Assembly: GCA_002104905.1 (NCBI GenBank)
Contig: MCFE01000331.1
Location: forward strand, 1-64,000
Direction of reading: 5' to 3'
Length of the DNA: 64,000 bases
Origin: Basidiobolus meristosporus CBS 931.73
Taxonomy: Eukaryota; Fungi; Basidiobolomycota
Part shown: piece after piece, positions 49,938-62,160 of the stretch
Layout of the letters: each line of letters begins with the position of its first letter
How positions within the stretch are numbered: position 1 is the first letter of the stretch
Notes under the pieces: model-generated
Databases searched by the model: none
What the model was told of the DNA's origin: nothing
What the model saw: only the letters and a program-made list of their open reading frames with translations
Translations under genes and position numbers: made by a program

Positions 49938-52050
49938 AGTGTGCCCACCCAAGAGAATGATGTGGACTCCTCAAGGTCTCAGGCAAGTAGGCAATTGGGA
50001 ATCTCTGCAGAGCCACAAGCTGACCATAATGCCAGGGCAGATCAGAAATTAGCTAAGCAGTACTTTCAGTCAAAGACTAGCAAGTTGCCACCCAATCATC
50101 ACCACCAAATGTATTAGCAAATATGCTTTCTACTAACACAAAGCATTAATAACACAACCAGAAGCAGTTGCTGATAGGATAGATGCAATGGCCCAGAGAA
50201 GTCAGGGAATAGTCCAGAAAGGGGATCTGCAGATAAAAGGTGTAGAGCAATCAATATCCCAGGTCAAGAAAGCGGTATCTTTGCTGCAAAAAAGGAACTC
50301 ACATAGCTCAATATTGCAGCCAAGAATTGAGCTGTTTCCCAATGCTACAACAGAGAAACACCATACAGTCTTTGATGCACCACCAAAGCACCTAGAGATA
50401 AAGCCTGCCAAAAAACCTATCACAGCATTGGAGGGAGAAATTGTAGTGCTTGTACCAAAGCCCAAAAATCATAAGACATTGGAATTTGTGAAGCTGTTGA
50501 GTGCATTGCTAAAGTGTAGCCTAATATTCCAGAGGCTGTTAGAAGCCTAGCCTACTAACACCATTAGGCTGGCATTCTATGGGACCATCAGGAACTCAAG
50601 GCTAAGCACAATGCACTCAAGCATGGGTATTATCCTGGATTCAAACAAGCAAACAGATTATGGGCAAGCATTGGTATTGTAGGAGAGAATCTCAAGATTA
50701 GCAGAAATTGTCAAAGGAAGAAAAACAAAGGTGTGATGGCTAAAAGCCAGTGGCTTCCTCAAGAGCCTGTTACAGGCAGGGCTGAAAGCTCCAAGCAAGT
50801 GTCAAAGAGACATCAGGTAGCTGGAAAGTGTCAATAATGCTTAGCAGTCAGACACAGATGCACCAGTACAACATTCATCAAGGAAAAGTGTAGTTCTACT
50901 CAAGAAGCTCTCAGTAAGAGGAACAGTGAAGGATATGGCAGTAATACAGGAAAAGGTAAAGGGAAAAAAGTCTACCCAAGCCAGGACCAAGGAAGCATGA
51001 GAAAAAAGTGCAGTCCTTGCCAATGATTGCCATAAGCCTAGAACAGACTGACCCCCATTCTGGCCTAGAAGAATCACCAATAAGAACACAGCTGTTTTAA
51101 AAGAGTTGGAAGCGCAGCCAGTTGAGCTACACTTCAATGAGGTAGATGAGTTTTCAGAGAAAGACAATTTATCTACCACAGCCTTGACCTTCTCCATTGC
51201 TGACAGCGTGGAGATCCCACCATCAGACAAAGTAAAAATGTCAAGAACTCAAAAGGTTATCACAATGCCTTCAGTGGAATCTTGGGACATTAATAAGCAC
51301 ACCAAGAAGTTGCAGCACTTCTTCACAAGCAGTGGTCTAAAAAATTTACATGAATATTGCAAGGATATATTGCAAGGACTGGCAGATGAGGTGCCAGACC
51401 TTTTGGTACCGGCTAAAGACCAGGACATATGAGAACCAGTGAATGAACAGTGGCATAAAGCTGTAGGGTTCTGCCAAAGTCATGGAAACTGAGTGTTACA
51501 GCAGAAATACTTCTTGGGTGGTAGATTTTAATAGAGTTACTTGTAGAGTGTGTGGATGGGGTAGTGTAAGGGATTAGGACTTTTATAGGTCAATATAACT
51601 GACAATTGAGGTAAAACTGCAGTTACAACAGAAATAAACTTAAATGCATAAGAAGTAAGAGATAGGGTTCAGTCATGAAGTTAGGAAGACAAAAAAGAGC
51701 CAGTAGCCAATAAATGCACACAAACATAGGTGGTAATAGGATGTCTGGGATCAGAAAGTAGGAAAATTGGCAGAAAACAAATTAAAAGCCACTTTAGTAT
51801 TGTTGCTATGAGAAATCTTGACTTATTTTTGTGAAATCTGGGGTTCAATTATTCTTTGACAGTCTTTGATGGTGTCCTAAGGGGATCAATACCTGCTAGT
51901 CATAGGAATTTTAATCTGTGATGGCCTTACATGGGATCATTGCAATATTTTTTTAGGGGCTTCACATAGATAGGCCTGTAGGTTAGTATTTTGATTAGTA
52001 ACTACATACACTTGAGACCTGCAACAAAGCCCAATGTTGGGATCTAGATA
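49938..52050 (+). repeat. Repeat family X copy; its upstream part is at ~46260-46533, split by PHIS copy 1
   Basis: Collinear with 37470-39420 (reverse); 46400-46533 shares ctttcagtgcaata with the 40700 copy. Confidence 0.65.
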
Positions 52051-52689
52051 ATAGACTTGTTCCATTGTATTGTGCCAGGGTGCACGGTGCAATCTGTGGT
52101 CTCTAAGAATAATGGGGGCAATATTGTAGCTACCAGTAGGCAGGATTGCTCTTGGACAATTTTGCACCATGTGGGACAATCTTGCACACTATGGCACAAT
52201 CCAACACAATGAGGTTGGCACAACTGGTTGCGCCCACCTGGAATGTTTGCATTACATGCATGATTAGATACCGCTATTATGGTAGGTAAAATCCAGTATT
52301 TGGATATGTTTCTTTAATGTAAATGGAAATAAATGCATATCACACTATAAGCTACATTGATACTTACCATTTTGGTTACCATCACTCCAATTGGATGGCA
52401 GCTCAGTGGTTAATTGGTCCAAAAGTATCCTGAAGCTTTCAGCCCCCAATTGCCTCTTTGACCAATACACAAGCTACCTGATTTGCCATCAAATATCCCA
52501 TTTTGCCCATTAAGCCAGTAAATCCCTGATCCTAGTGATTGGACAAGGTGTCATAGCTAGCACGCAATCAATTGTATGAGTGCAAATCAGATCAAATGGC
52601 TGCACTGGTGCCACAAATGATGTATACATATACAAGGTGTTTATTTATAGGGGTCCTGTCCCAAATGTGAGACAACCATGATATGGCTT

Positions 52690-53948
52690 ATATCAAAAAT
52701 TTAGTGATCACTGATTTGCAATGGCCTGATGCGGATTGCAAATAAAAATGCGTTGTTTGGATCTTTACAAATAATAGCAATTCAATTTGATTGCATAATC
52801 TTCTCCTACGCTTTTTTCTCATAGGGATTACTACTGAAGCATTTGTCAGTGATTCACTTTGCACACCTAAGCTACTTTCTTGTTGACTATCCTTTGGGCT
52901 ACTTGTGTATTCATAGTCAGTATTTTGCATCCTAGTTGATGAGCATGATGCTGCAGCTTGGCCGTGCTGAATTGCTCTGGATGATGCAACTGAGCTGGCC
53001 TGCAGTGCTACGTGCTGACACGTTCTTTTACTTGCCAAAGGCTCTGGTGGTGGAGGCACTTCATGTGGGTCATCATCCCTCAGTTCACCAGAAGAAACTC
53101 ACTGATGGTCAGGTGTAATGGCACCACAGACGCAACTTGATGTGCTGGCATGGCCCTTGGCTGAGTTTGATGTGATGCTGCTTGTTGACACAACTTGGCC
53201 CGCTCCAATGGACTTGTGTCTTTTTGAGCAGTTTGGCAGGTTCTGGTGGTTTTGCTCGGAAGCGCGCACATTGACCAAATACACATTGAGTCAATGCAGG
53301 GCACTCTTGGGAAGGGTGTTGGCATAGGTTGGACTGACATGTGCTGGCACGCTCAAGTTGCAAGGGATGGTAAAGAATCCAGCAAGGCATGCTGGCGCAA
53401 TCTTACAATGTTGCTGGCGGTCTGTATTCCCGCTCTTCAAGCTCACCTTTTGACTCCTCAAGGTATTCACCTACCCTCTGTCTAATACTTTGCAACTGTT
53501 GCCTGGATAAGTCCTGTGTATATTGCTCTTGGAGGCCACTCAGCTCTACTAATATATCATGTAATACATTAGTCATTTGAGGCAAAAACTCATTCAAAAT
53601 CTCTTTGGTTCCCAAAGTCAAGGCACAAACAGATGCATCCAGCCTGTACTGTGCAAATTGCACGCAAAATTGTTCCTGCATGGCTTCCTCATCAAATCCC
53701 CTCACTCTCAGCTCATTCTTGATTTCAATACTTGTCTTGTTATATATCTTCTTATATATATATGCGGGCATCTTGATGTAGAACCTATGCCACAGCTTAC
53801 TACTCAGGTTCTTCCATTACTGTCAGCTCACCAAGGTATCTAGTTCTGCTAGATTAATGAGTAGTGCCCAAATATCTGTATGAAGGCTCATCAAAAACAC
53901 TTGGGCCATACTGAAATTATTTGGCAAGAACTCAAACAGATCTGACAT
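52690..53948 (-). pseudogene. Second ORF of PHIS copy 2 (unknown function), disrupted
   Basis: MSDLFEFLP...MPAYIYKKIYNKTSIEIKNELRVRGFDEE...PPPPEPLASKR...RKKRRRRL. Confidence 0.65.
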
Positions 53949-53987
53949 TGCTTTTTCCAGTCTGGACCACGCTTGTGAGCTGGGGGA

Positions 53988-54494
53988 TGTCTTGATCACA
54001 TGACAACCACAAACACCCATGCCAAGTTTCAACTTCCTAGCTCAATTTCTGAGAGATTCCCTCTGGAACCTTCTACCACATTCCACAAAGTTCCTGACCA
54101 TTCCAAACCATTGTTACACAATGGAACATTCCATGGAAGCTTCCCATTGTATTTTTCATAGTCCAGTACCATATATGGAAATACCGGGTCACATAATCAG
54201 GTGACCAAATTCATTTCCCTATCCTGTCTCAGCGCCTTGCCTTCTATATTATTATCCCCAGCACTGCTGCTGTGCCTCACCCCACAACCCCATTAGTATT
54301 AGCTAATATCTCTTGGCATCAGTATAGCCAAAAAGTATATATAGTCCATCTCCCCTTAGGTATTCCTCAGTCTGATAAACACAGGTCTTGAATAAACAGC
54401 CTTGCCTTGAATCCTGTCTTGCCTTGATGATCCACATCTAAGTCCTTTCCTGCCATGCTCAGCTTTTCCTCCGGCCTTGTGTCTATTCATAACA
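53988..54494. mobile_element. Solo LTR (507 bp) of another family inside PHIS copy 2
   Basis: TGT...ACA ends; absent from copy 1 (empty site gtgggggatggatttt); GGGGA/GGGG flanks; internal TATA-like and AATAAA motifs. Confidence 0.7.
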
Positions 54495-54613
54495 GGGGTG
54501 GATTTTGTCTGGATTGAACTAAATATGAGTTGAGACTTGGTATAGGGACCATAGTGATAGATTTGGATACTTATACTGTTGTGTGTTGGCATCAACCTGG
54601 TCTTATATGAAAT

Positions 54614-55346
54614 AGACTTGTTCCGTTGGATAGTGCCACATTGGGCCATGAGTGCCAAATGATGCCATAGTGTGCCAGAAAGGTCAAGTGAGCCTATACT
54701 TGGCCACAGAGTGTGAAACATAGCTCTGCATCTTGATGTAAAGCAGCCCCTGTGTTTCACCCATTGCGCAGGAGAAAATTCATTTTTTGACCTTTTTTTG
54801 TGGATCAATGTAGCTCAGGATGTGTAAGAGCACAGGAGAACTGAAGATATGCATCTGGTACTCAATACCTATGGCACTCTGAATCTAGCTCCTGTAGCTT
54901 GTATCATGTCACAAAAATGAATGGCACTATCTTGGTCCACTGGTACTGTCTGGCACTATATTTAAATATTAGCCCTAAAGTAAGATCTATACAAAGCACT
55001 TATAGTGCCAGACAGTACCAGTGGACCAAGATAGTGCCATTCATTTTTGTGACATGATACAAGCTACAGGAGCTAGATTCAGAGTGCCATAGGTATTGAG
55101 TACCAGATGCATATCTTCAAGCTTCTTGTGCTCTAACACTTCCTGCACAACATTGATCCAAAAAAAAGGTCAAAAAATGGATTTTCTCCAACTCAATGGG
55201 TGAAACACAGGGGCTGCTTTGCATGAAGATGCAGAGCTATGTTTCACACTCTGTGGCCAGGTAGAGGCTCACTTGGCCTCTCTGGCACACTATAGCATCA
55301 TTTGGCACTCATGGCTCAATGTGGCACTATCCAACGGAACAAGTCT
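54614..55346. mobile_element. Fold-back MITE of the PHIS family (733 bp; ~346-bp inverted arms, 40-bp loop)
   Basis: Ends AGACTTGTTCCGTTGGATAGTGCCAC / reverse complement; flanks AAT/ACT; empty site in copy 1 reads tgaAGTatatatg. Confidence 0.92.
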
Positions 55347-55645
55347 ACTATATATGAAAACTAATGTGATTGTTGAATTTCCATATATTATGCATGATGC
55401 ATCTTGGATTGCATTGACACGGATCAGATGACATCAATTGCAGACTTCCTACTTGATCATAGACTTGTGAGCAAAACATCAAAAAAAATACCCAGTCATT
55501 GTTTGAGGATGATTTTTGAGACATAATGATGGGATACATGGCAATTGATGGAGAGTTAATCATAATGCATGGAAAATCAGATAAATAAGGTACACTGTGC
55601 CAAATTGAATCAAATCATCTCAGTGCAATCCTTTCCAACTATAAT

Positions 55646-56530
55646 ATGAATTACTCAACTGAATGGTCTTTTCTCATCAATCCCATCACTGCCACTGGAT
55701 TTCCTTTTGACACACTAGAGGAGATCTATTCCAAGTACTGTGGTCCATCTACCCCAATCTACTCAAGGAGATCCCTTGTTAAGCTTCTCTGCTATTACAA
55801 GAGCTATTGCCCTACAAGGTTTCATCCCACCATCCATGGCAACAAAAGTCCTAGAAGCTTTCATTCTCAGCGGACAGCAATGGAGAACCACCTTGCAGAG
55901 TGTATGAATAACTTAGAGCAAGCTTGGAGTACTAGGTTTAGAAGCTCCAATAGACTTCCATATCCCAGAGTGTTCAGCAACAGGTTCCATATAAGGAGTA
56001 TTTTGGATACCTTCCCAGTCAGCATTAACAGATCTTCTAGAGGGCAGAGGAACTTTTATTCTGGCAAGTACAAGGCACACTGTGTGAAGTTTCAAGCTCT
56101 GCCTGACATTGAGGGTAACATCATCTGGTTTAGTGGGCCATTTGCTGGAAGTAGGCATGACAAAGCACTCTGGGTAGAGAATCATCCAGAATTTGGTGGA
56201 GGGGAGAAATATATGGCAGACTTAGCTTATATAGGAGAGGACTGTCAGAGATTAGGATGTATTACAGCTTATAGGAAGCCAAGGAATGGTGCACTTAGCA
56301 GGAAGCAGAAGCTCTACAATGAGATGTTTAAGCATTTCATAGTGAGAATAGAGCATACATTTGGATATCTGAAGAGATTCAGCATAATGGCAGGTAAATA
56401 CAGAGGAAAGTCATTTATAGGAAAAATCAGCAGAATAGGTAAAATAGTTAAGATACTTATCAATGCACAATATATTTATACAAGAAGACATCCACTGAGA
56501 GAAATGTGTCTGGAGCATTATGAAGAGTAA
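55646..56530 (+). CDS. Intact DDE transposase (DDE_Tnp_4; PIF/Harbinger-ISL2EU-Spy superfamily), 294 aa
   Basis: ILDTFP, YSGKYKAHCVKFQ, GPFAGSRHD, MADLAYIG, YN..FKHFIVRIEHTFGYLKRF: D-D-E triad present. Confidence 0.92.
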   Translation: MNYSTEWSFLINPITATGFPFDTLEEIYSKYCGPSTPIYSRRSLVKLLCYYKSYCPTRFHPTIHGNKSPRSFHSQRTAMENHLAECMNNLEQAWSTRFRSSNRLPYPRVFSNRFHIRSILDTFPVSINRSSRGQRNFYSGKYKAHCVKFQALPDIEGNIIWFSGPFAGSRHDKALWVENHPEFGGGEKYMADLAYIGEDCQRLGCITAYRKPRNGALSRKQKLYNEMFKHFIVRIEHTFGYLKRFSIMAGKYRGKSFIGKISRIGKIVKILINAQYIYTRRHPLREMCLEHYEE

Positions 56531-56849
56531 ATAGATCAAGTAAAGCATTACTCTGAGCAACATAAGTAAAATTGAGTAAAATTACCAGTAACTATAACCT
56601 ACCACTGGCATGTTGGTAGAAATTATAGTGCCAGATAGTATTAGATCAATCTGGCACTATAAACAGGCTAGTAATTCTACATAAAGTGAGGGATAACTTA
56701 TGCAATAAGGTAGGCAGCTGTGATAGTCAGCCAGCTTATGGGATAGTACTGTTCAAGTAAGATAAATGGGATAAAACCAATTAAGGGTAGTAGAGATATA
56801 GGGAAGTAAAAAATATGGGAATGAGCACATCTGTTAGCGGGTGTAACAG

Positions 56850-59800
56850 TGACCCCACTACACCATGTTGTTTTTCCCAGGGCAGTATACAATCTCCAAG
56901 TCAAATTGCTGAATGTATTCACTTCATATTGTCATTCTTCTAGAGAGTACCTTATGAGTAAATATATGCTTGAGGGAGGCATGATCGGTCTTCACAGTGC
57001 ACTTGACTCCTTCAATATGGCATCTCAATGTCTTCAAGCAGTGTATTGTAGCAAGCATACCCTTCTCATGCATTGGATAGTTTTGTACTGCAGAGTTCAG
57101 TTTTGTGGATTCAAAGGCAACTGGTTAGTCCTTTCCCTTGTGTTCTTGGCTCAGCACTCCACCAATTGCATAGTCTGAAGCATTGGTGTGCAGAGTAAAC
57201 TCTTATCTGAATTCAGGTATTTGTAAGCTTGGTAGCTTAGCAAGTTCATTCTTGAGTGTCTGAAAGGAAGTCTCACAAGCTATGTCCCACTTGTAGGTAT
57301 TTTCTCTCTTGAGGATATCAGTTAAAGGGGCTGCAGTACTTGCAAAGGGCTTGACAAATCTCTGATAATAGGTGACCATTAAAAGGATTAATCAGAGTTC
57401 TGCTATGCTATGGAGCTGCTTTGGATTCTTGATAACTTCAACCTTCTTAGGGTAAAAAGCTACTCCTGTGCTAGCCACTATGTGTCCCAGATATTCAATA
57501 TGTTCCTTGAAGAATTCACACTTGGGTAGCTTGCCATAAAGCTTGTTCTCTCTTAGCCTCTGCAAGACCTTTTTAATGTGCACCAAGTGATCCTCTTCTG
57601 TCTTACTGTATATCAATATATCATCTAGGTAGATTATCACAAACTTGTCTAAGTACTCCTCAAAGACAGTCTGCATCAGGATTATGAATGTTGCAGGTGC
57701 ATTGCAGAGGCCAAAGCTCCTGACTAAGTACTTGTAATATCCATATCTGGTCCTGAATGCTGTCTTGGGGATGTCTTCTGGCTTTATCCTAATCTGGTTG
57801 TATCCTGACATGTGGTCAATCTTGCTGAGTATAGTGGCTCCATTGAGTTGGTCCAAAAGTTCATCAATCCAAGGTATGGGGTACTTGTTCTTCACAATAA
57901 CTGAGTTGAGGGCATTGTAGTCAATGGATATCCTAGATGTTCAATCCTTCTTCACAAAAGGTACTGGTGCTCTCCAAGGTAACTTGCTGGGTCAGATATA
58001 TCCTTCCTCCAGTAACTGATTTATTGTCTCTTCATCTCTTCCAACTCCAATGAATTCATGCTACAAGGTGTCTTACTCACTGGAGGGCTATCTCCTGTTT
58101 CAATGGCATGATCCACATCTCTGACAGGTGATAGGCATACAAGCTCATCTGGAAATACACTGAATATTCCTTCAAAAGAGTCTGGACCTTCAGGGGTACT
58201 GGAGTAGAGGAATCCTCCTGCAATGCCGCCATGAGGAACATCTGGGAGCCTTTTCTTAGTGCTCTACAGAACTGCGTCTTGTTAAGCTCACTTGTTTCAC
58301 ACACACTGATATTGACAAAGTTAAAATCCAGTCTGGCAGGTAATAGCTCATAGGTCTTGTTGTCCTTCTGGATCTGAGTAGCATGGGTTCTCCAGCTGAT
58401 TGATGGACTACAACAAAATAGCCATGTATTCTTCAGTACAAGGTCAAACTTGCAGTTCCTAAATATATAGGCCTGTAGATCTTTGTTATAGTCATTGATA
58501 TTCATCCTTACTAGCTGAGTAGTACAGTTGATTATGTGAGAGTTACCATCAGCTGTTGAGACTGAAGTTGACTTGGTGGGTTCCAAGTTGATTCCAGCTT
58601 TCAAAGCAAATTGCTCTGACATGTGCTCATGCAATGCTCCTGAGTCAATCATGATCTTGGCAGGTACTTCATTGTTTACTCCATTCAAGTATAATAGCTT
58701 TCCTGAGTTTGAGTTCATTTGGGATAGGTATTTTTCTGTCATATGGAAGGTGAGTTCTGAGTCTTCTTCAAGTTCATTCTCCCTATTATTGTACTCCAGG
58801 GCTTCAATATGGTTAAAGGTTCCTGATGGCTGGTGTCCATTTCTTCTCTGAAGGTAGTACTTTGCAATATCCCTGTTGGTGGCATAGTCCTTGATTCTTA
58901 CGTTCTTCTGAGGTAGAATTCTTCTGTATGGTATCCATTTCTATTGGCACTGCTTCTGATTATCTTCTTTCATAGGGATAGTAGCCTCTCTGATTAGTCA
59001 TTTTGGGCTTCCCAACTCCAAACATAGCTGAGTCATAGTCAATGGCAATCTTGATGGCTTCTTCAAAAGTCTGAGGTCTTTGATAATTCATTTTCAAACG
59101 TGTTCTTTTTTTCAGCCCATCAATAAAGTTTTCAACTTGATCCAGAGGGTCCATTCCTTCAATTTGTCCAAGTAGACATCAATATTCATAGATGTACTCT
59201 TGAACCATTCCTTTCTGTCTGAGTGTCTTCAACTTTCTTCTTGGTAGTGTCTGTTGGAATGGGGGTTTAAAGGTACCCTGAATTTCCAACACAAACTCAT
59301 CCCAGGTAGAGATTGTAAAGCATCCCATCATGGTGGCTGACCTGGTCTTTTTGTGGTACCACTGTAAAGCTGCATCTGCCAGGTACAAGGCTGCATAATG
59401 TAACTTGCTTTCTGCAGCAATTCCCTTAGCCCTGAAAGCTTCTTCAATCTGGAAGAGCTAAGTTCCCAGGTTTTCATCAACTCTACCATGGTACTGATTG
59501 ACCTTCACACTAAAGTTGCTTTTGACAGGGTTTTGCTGGCTTTGGGTCATGGTAGTCATTCTGTGTTGCTGCTGGCTAAGGATCTGGAGTAACTGTTGCT
59601 GCTGGGCCAGGATTTGCTGCATAGCACTCTTCCACGCTTGATTATTGGACATCTTGAGAGAGGCTTCTTCTTTCTTCAGAAGGGGAGTTTCTGGTTATTA
59701 CTGCTACTAATGTTACAAGTTTGGTAAAAGAGTTGTAGAGGAATAGGGAGCTTAGCTAGTATTTCATTCACTAAAACTTGAACTGATTTTAATTAAGGTT

Positions 59801-60078
59801 TCAGCAGTTCCTTAAATATATTTTGTCAGATCAATTACTGACTAATTGTATTTCCTAATGTAGGCTGTGGCTGATGACTCATTTGTTTACATCATCATCA
59901 CCCAATATGATTGTATTTAATATATCTATTTCTGTCTGATAAGGATCTGCTGATTCACTTGCTGACTAATGCTACTGATTTGATACATAATACTGATATG
60001 CTAATAAGCTAAACATATAACTAAATAATTTGACTAAAAACAGATCTAACTTAAACATTCAAGCGGTAGATCATAACA
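56850..60078 (-). mobile_element. Ty3/Gypsy retrotransposon, decayed and 3'-truncated: LTR 59711-60078, PBS-like TAGTAGCAG, gag, protease, RT, RNase H
   Basis: TG...CA 368-bp LTR; gag LADAALQWY; IMIDSGA protease; YPIP.IDELLD, FGLCNAPATF, YLDDILIYS; TNASDYAIGGVLSQ, TDH.SL. Confidence 0.92.
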
Positions 60079-60559
60079 ATCCTAGCTAGCCCCATAAGTA
60101 AGGAAGGAAGCTGTGTATTGACTTTCAAGGAAGAACCCTATGTACCACCAAGAGTCAAAGGCCTATCTTAGGTAAATGGGCCAGAGCACAAGGACTAATT
60201 TTCAGTTTTGACACCTCTGAATAAAGACTGTGGCATATTATCCATAGGTAGTAGGAAGTGTTTGATTACTTCTGTTGTTGATAAATCAGTGTACACTGGG
60301 GTGTGTCTCATACAAAGAAAGGAAGAAGGTTTGTTTAAGCTTGGGTAACATAAAGCCATGATGGAGAGAAAAACAGATGAATGAATTGCAAAAGTATACA
60401 CTAAGAGTGGCAAAATTTTACCCCAAGAATCCTCATCTGCTTGTGCAAATTATGTGCACTATAGCCAGGGACTTCTGCACCATATCCTCCCTTGCAAAAG
60501 GAAGTATCAGAAATTTCAAATTGATCACCATTAACAAGTGAGATGGATGATCCATGATC

Positions 60560-61200
60560 CAAGACTATGGTACTATTCCGGGTAGAAAATGGTGATACAG
60601 CAATACAATTTGAGAATGCAAATACAGGTATACATATTCAGAACATATTGCTTAGCTATGGAGAGTAAAGACTCCCTGATTAGCCTTGAAACAGAGTTTT
60701 GCCAACCTGCAACAACCAATGGACCACTGTACTGTTTTGCCACTAGTTGGGGCCTGGTTGAGCACTATACACAATGTGCAATATTGCACAAAAATTCCAG
60801 TGCACTAACACTGGAGTAGCTCATTAAAAGTTTGATGTAGTGATGGCAAATATGATTTTCATCATACCAGGAGTCTTAGGCTTCAGTATATCAGAGGCAT
60901 TATGTTCACTTCTTTGATAAAGTTAGCACACACTATCAATTGTTTAGCTCACACACTATGTAAGTAAGTTATCCATACTTCAAGTAGTTGGGTGGCAATA
61001 ATGCACTCATATAAGTCATCAGCCACAACTGTCAAATGGAGGCTTTCATGATCTACTAACCCATCAGGCTGGTTAATGCACAGAAGCTTTTCCTTCTTTT
61101 CTTTCATGAGTTTGGCCCTTGTATAGCTTGTCAAGTCATCAGTTGATATTATTAAATACTGCGCTTCACCTGAGGATAGATTCTGCAAAGGTCAACAACA
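60560..61200 (-). mobile_element. Copia integrase fragment
   Basis: NLSSGEAQYLIISTDDLTSYT resembles the Copia rve start. Confidence 0.5.
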
Positions 61201-62160
61201 ATCAGAGTGAATTGATCTATTTTCTTCTTAATTCTTAACATATAACTGAGTGACCATGATGCAAGCAACTGAGTCATCAGCAGCAATCTACATAAAGAAA
61301 CAAATTAATCAGCAATTCATCTGGCAAAAATGTGTATAAAGAGCTACTGGAACCCAAATGAAAATCAGTACAAGTTTTATTGAAAACAATACTAGCCAAA
61401 CTTCCTATTCCTCAGCAACATTGATGTTAAGACTTGTAACAGCCATTAAGAACCTTCAATGACATCAAAGCCCTGGAGCACAGTAACATGGAGGACAAAC
61501 TTGAAGTAGACTCAGAACTCACCTTCCATATGACAGAAGAATACTAGTCCCAAATGACCTCAGACTCAGGGAAGTTATAATATCTGAATGGAGCAGTTGA
61601 CAGAGTACTTACTAAGATCATAATTGACTCAAGAGCATCACACAATCACATGGCAGAGCAATATACTGTAACAGCTGGAATCCAATTAGCACCCACCATA
61701 TCTACTTCTGTTTGAGCAGCTAATGTGAACTCTCACATAATCAACCTTATTACTCAGCCAGTAAGAATGAAGATCAATGACTATGAAGAAGACCTACAAG
61801 CATATATATTTTGGACCCGCAAGTTTGGCCATGCACTTGGAAAAGCCTTGCTACTTTGTTGTAATCCATCAAGCAACTGGAGAACCCATGCTACTCAGAT
61901 CCAGAAGGACAACAAGTCCTATGAGTTATTACCTGCCAGACTGTATTTTAACTTGGTCAATTCTAGTGTGTGTGATACAAGTGAACTTGACAAGACACAG
62001 TTCTGATGCAAACCATATTCCAGGAGTACTTGGACAAGATTGTGATAGTCTAACTGGACAACATATTGATATACAGCAAGACAGTAGAACACCACTTGGT
62101 GCTCATTGAAAGGTCTTAAACAAGCTAAGAGAGAATAAGCTTTATGGCAAGCTATCAAAG
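61200..62160 (+). mobile_element. Internally deleted Ty3/Gypsy pieces (partial LTR to 61441, protease, RT fragment)
   Basis: LTR end gacttgtaaca; IIDSRASHNHM; ILIYSKTVEHHL; homologous to 57500-58790. Confidence 0.75.

Larger units (their letters stand above)
52053..56669 (+). mobile_element. PHIS (Pangu-like) copy 2, inverted relative to copy 1; two nested insertions; right TIR missing
   Basis: AAT|AGACTTGTTCCATTGTATTGTGCCAGG left end; homology to copy 1 stops at ggcactataaacaggct (~56669). Confidence 0.88.

Noticed and set aside
54614-55346. Repeated GTGCCA/TGGCAC motifs and duplicated blocks as a possible CRISPR or tandem array
   Set aside because: No regular repeat-spacer period; explained by MITE inverted arms in a eukaryotic context.
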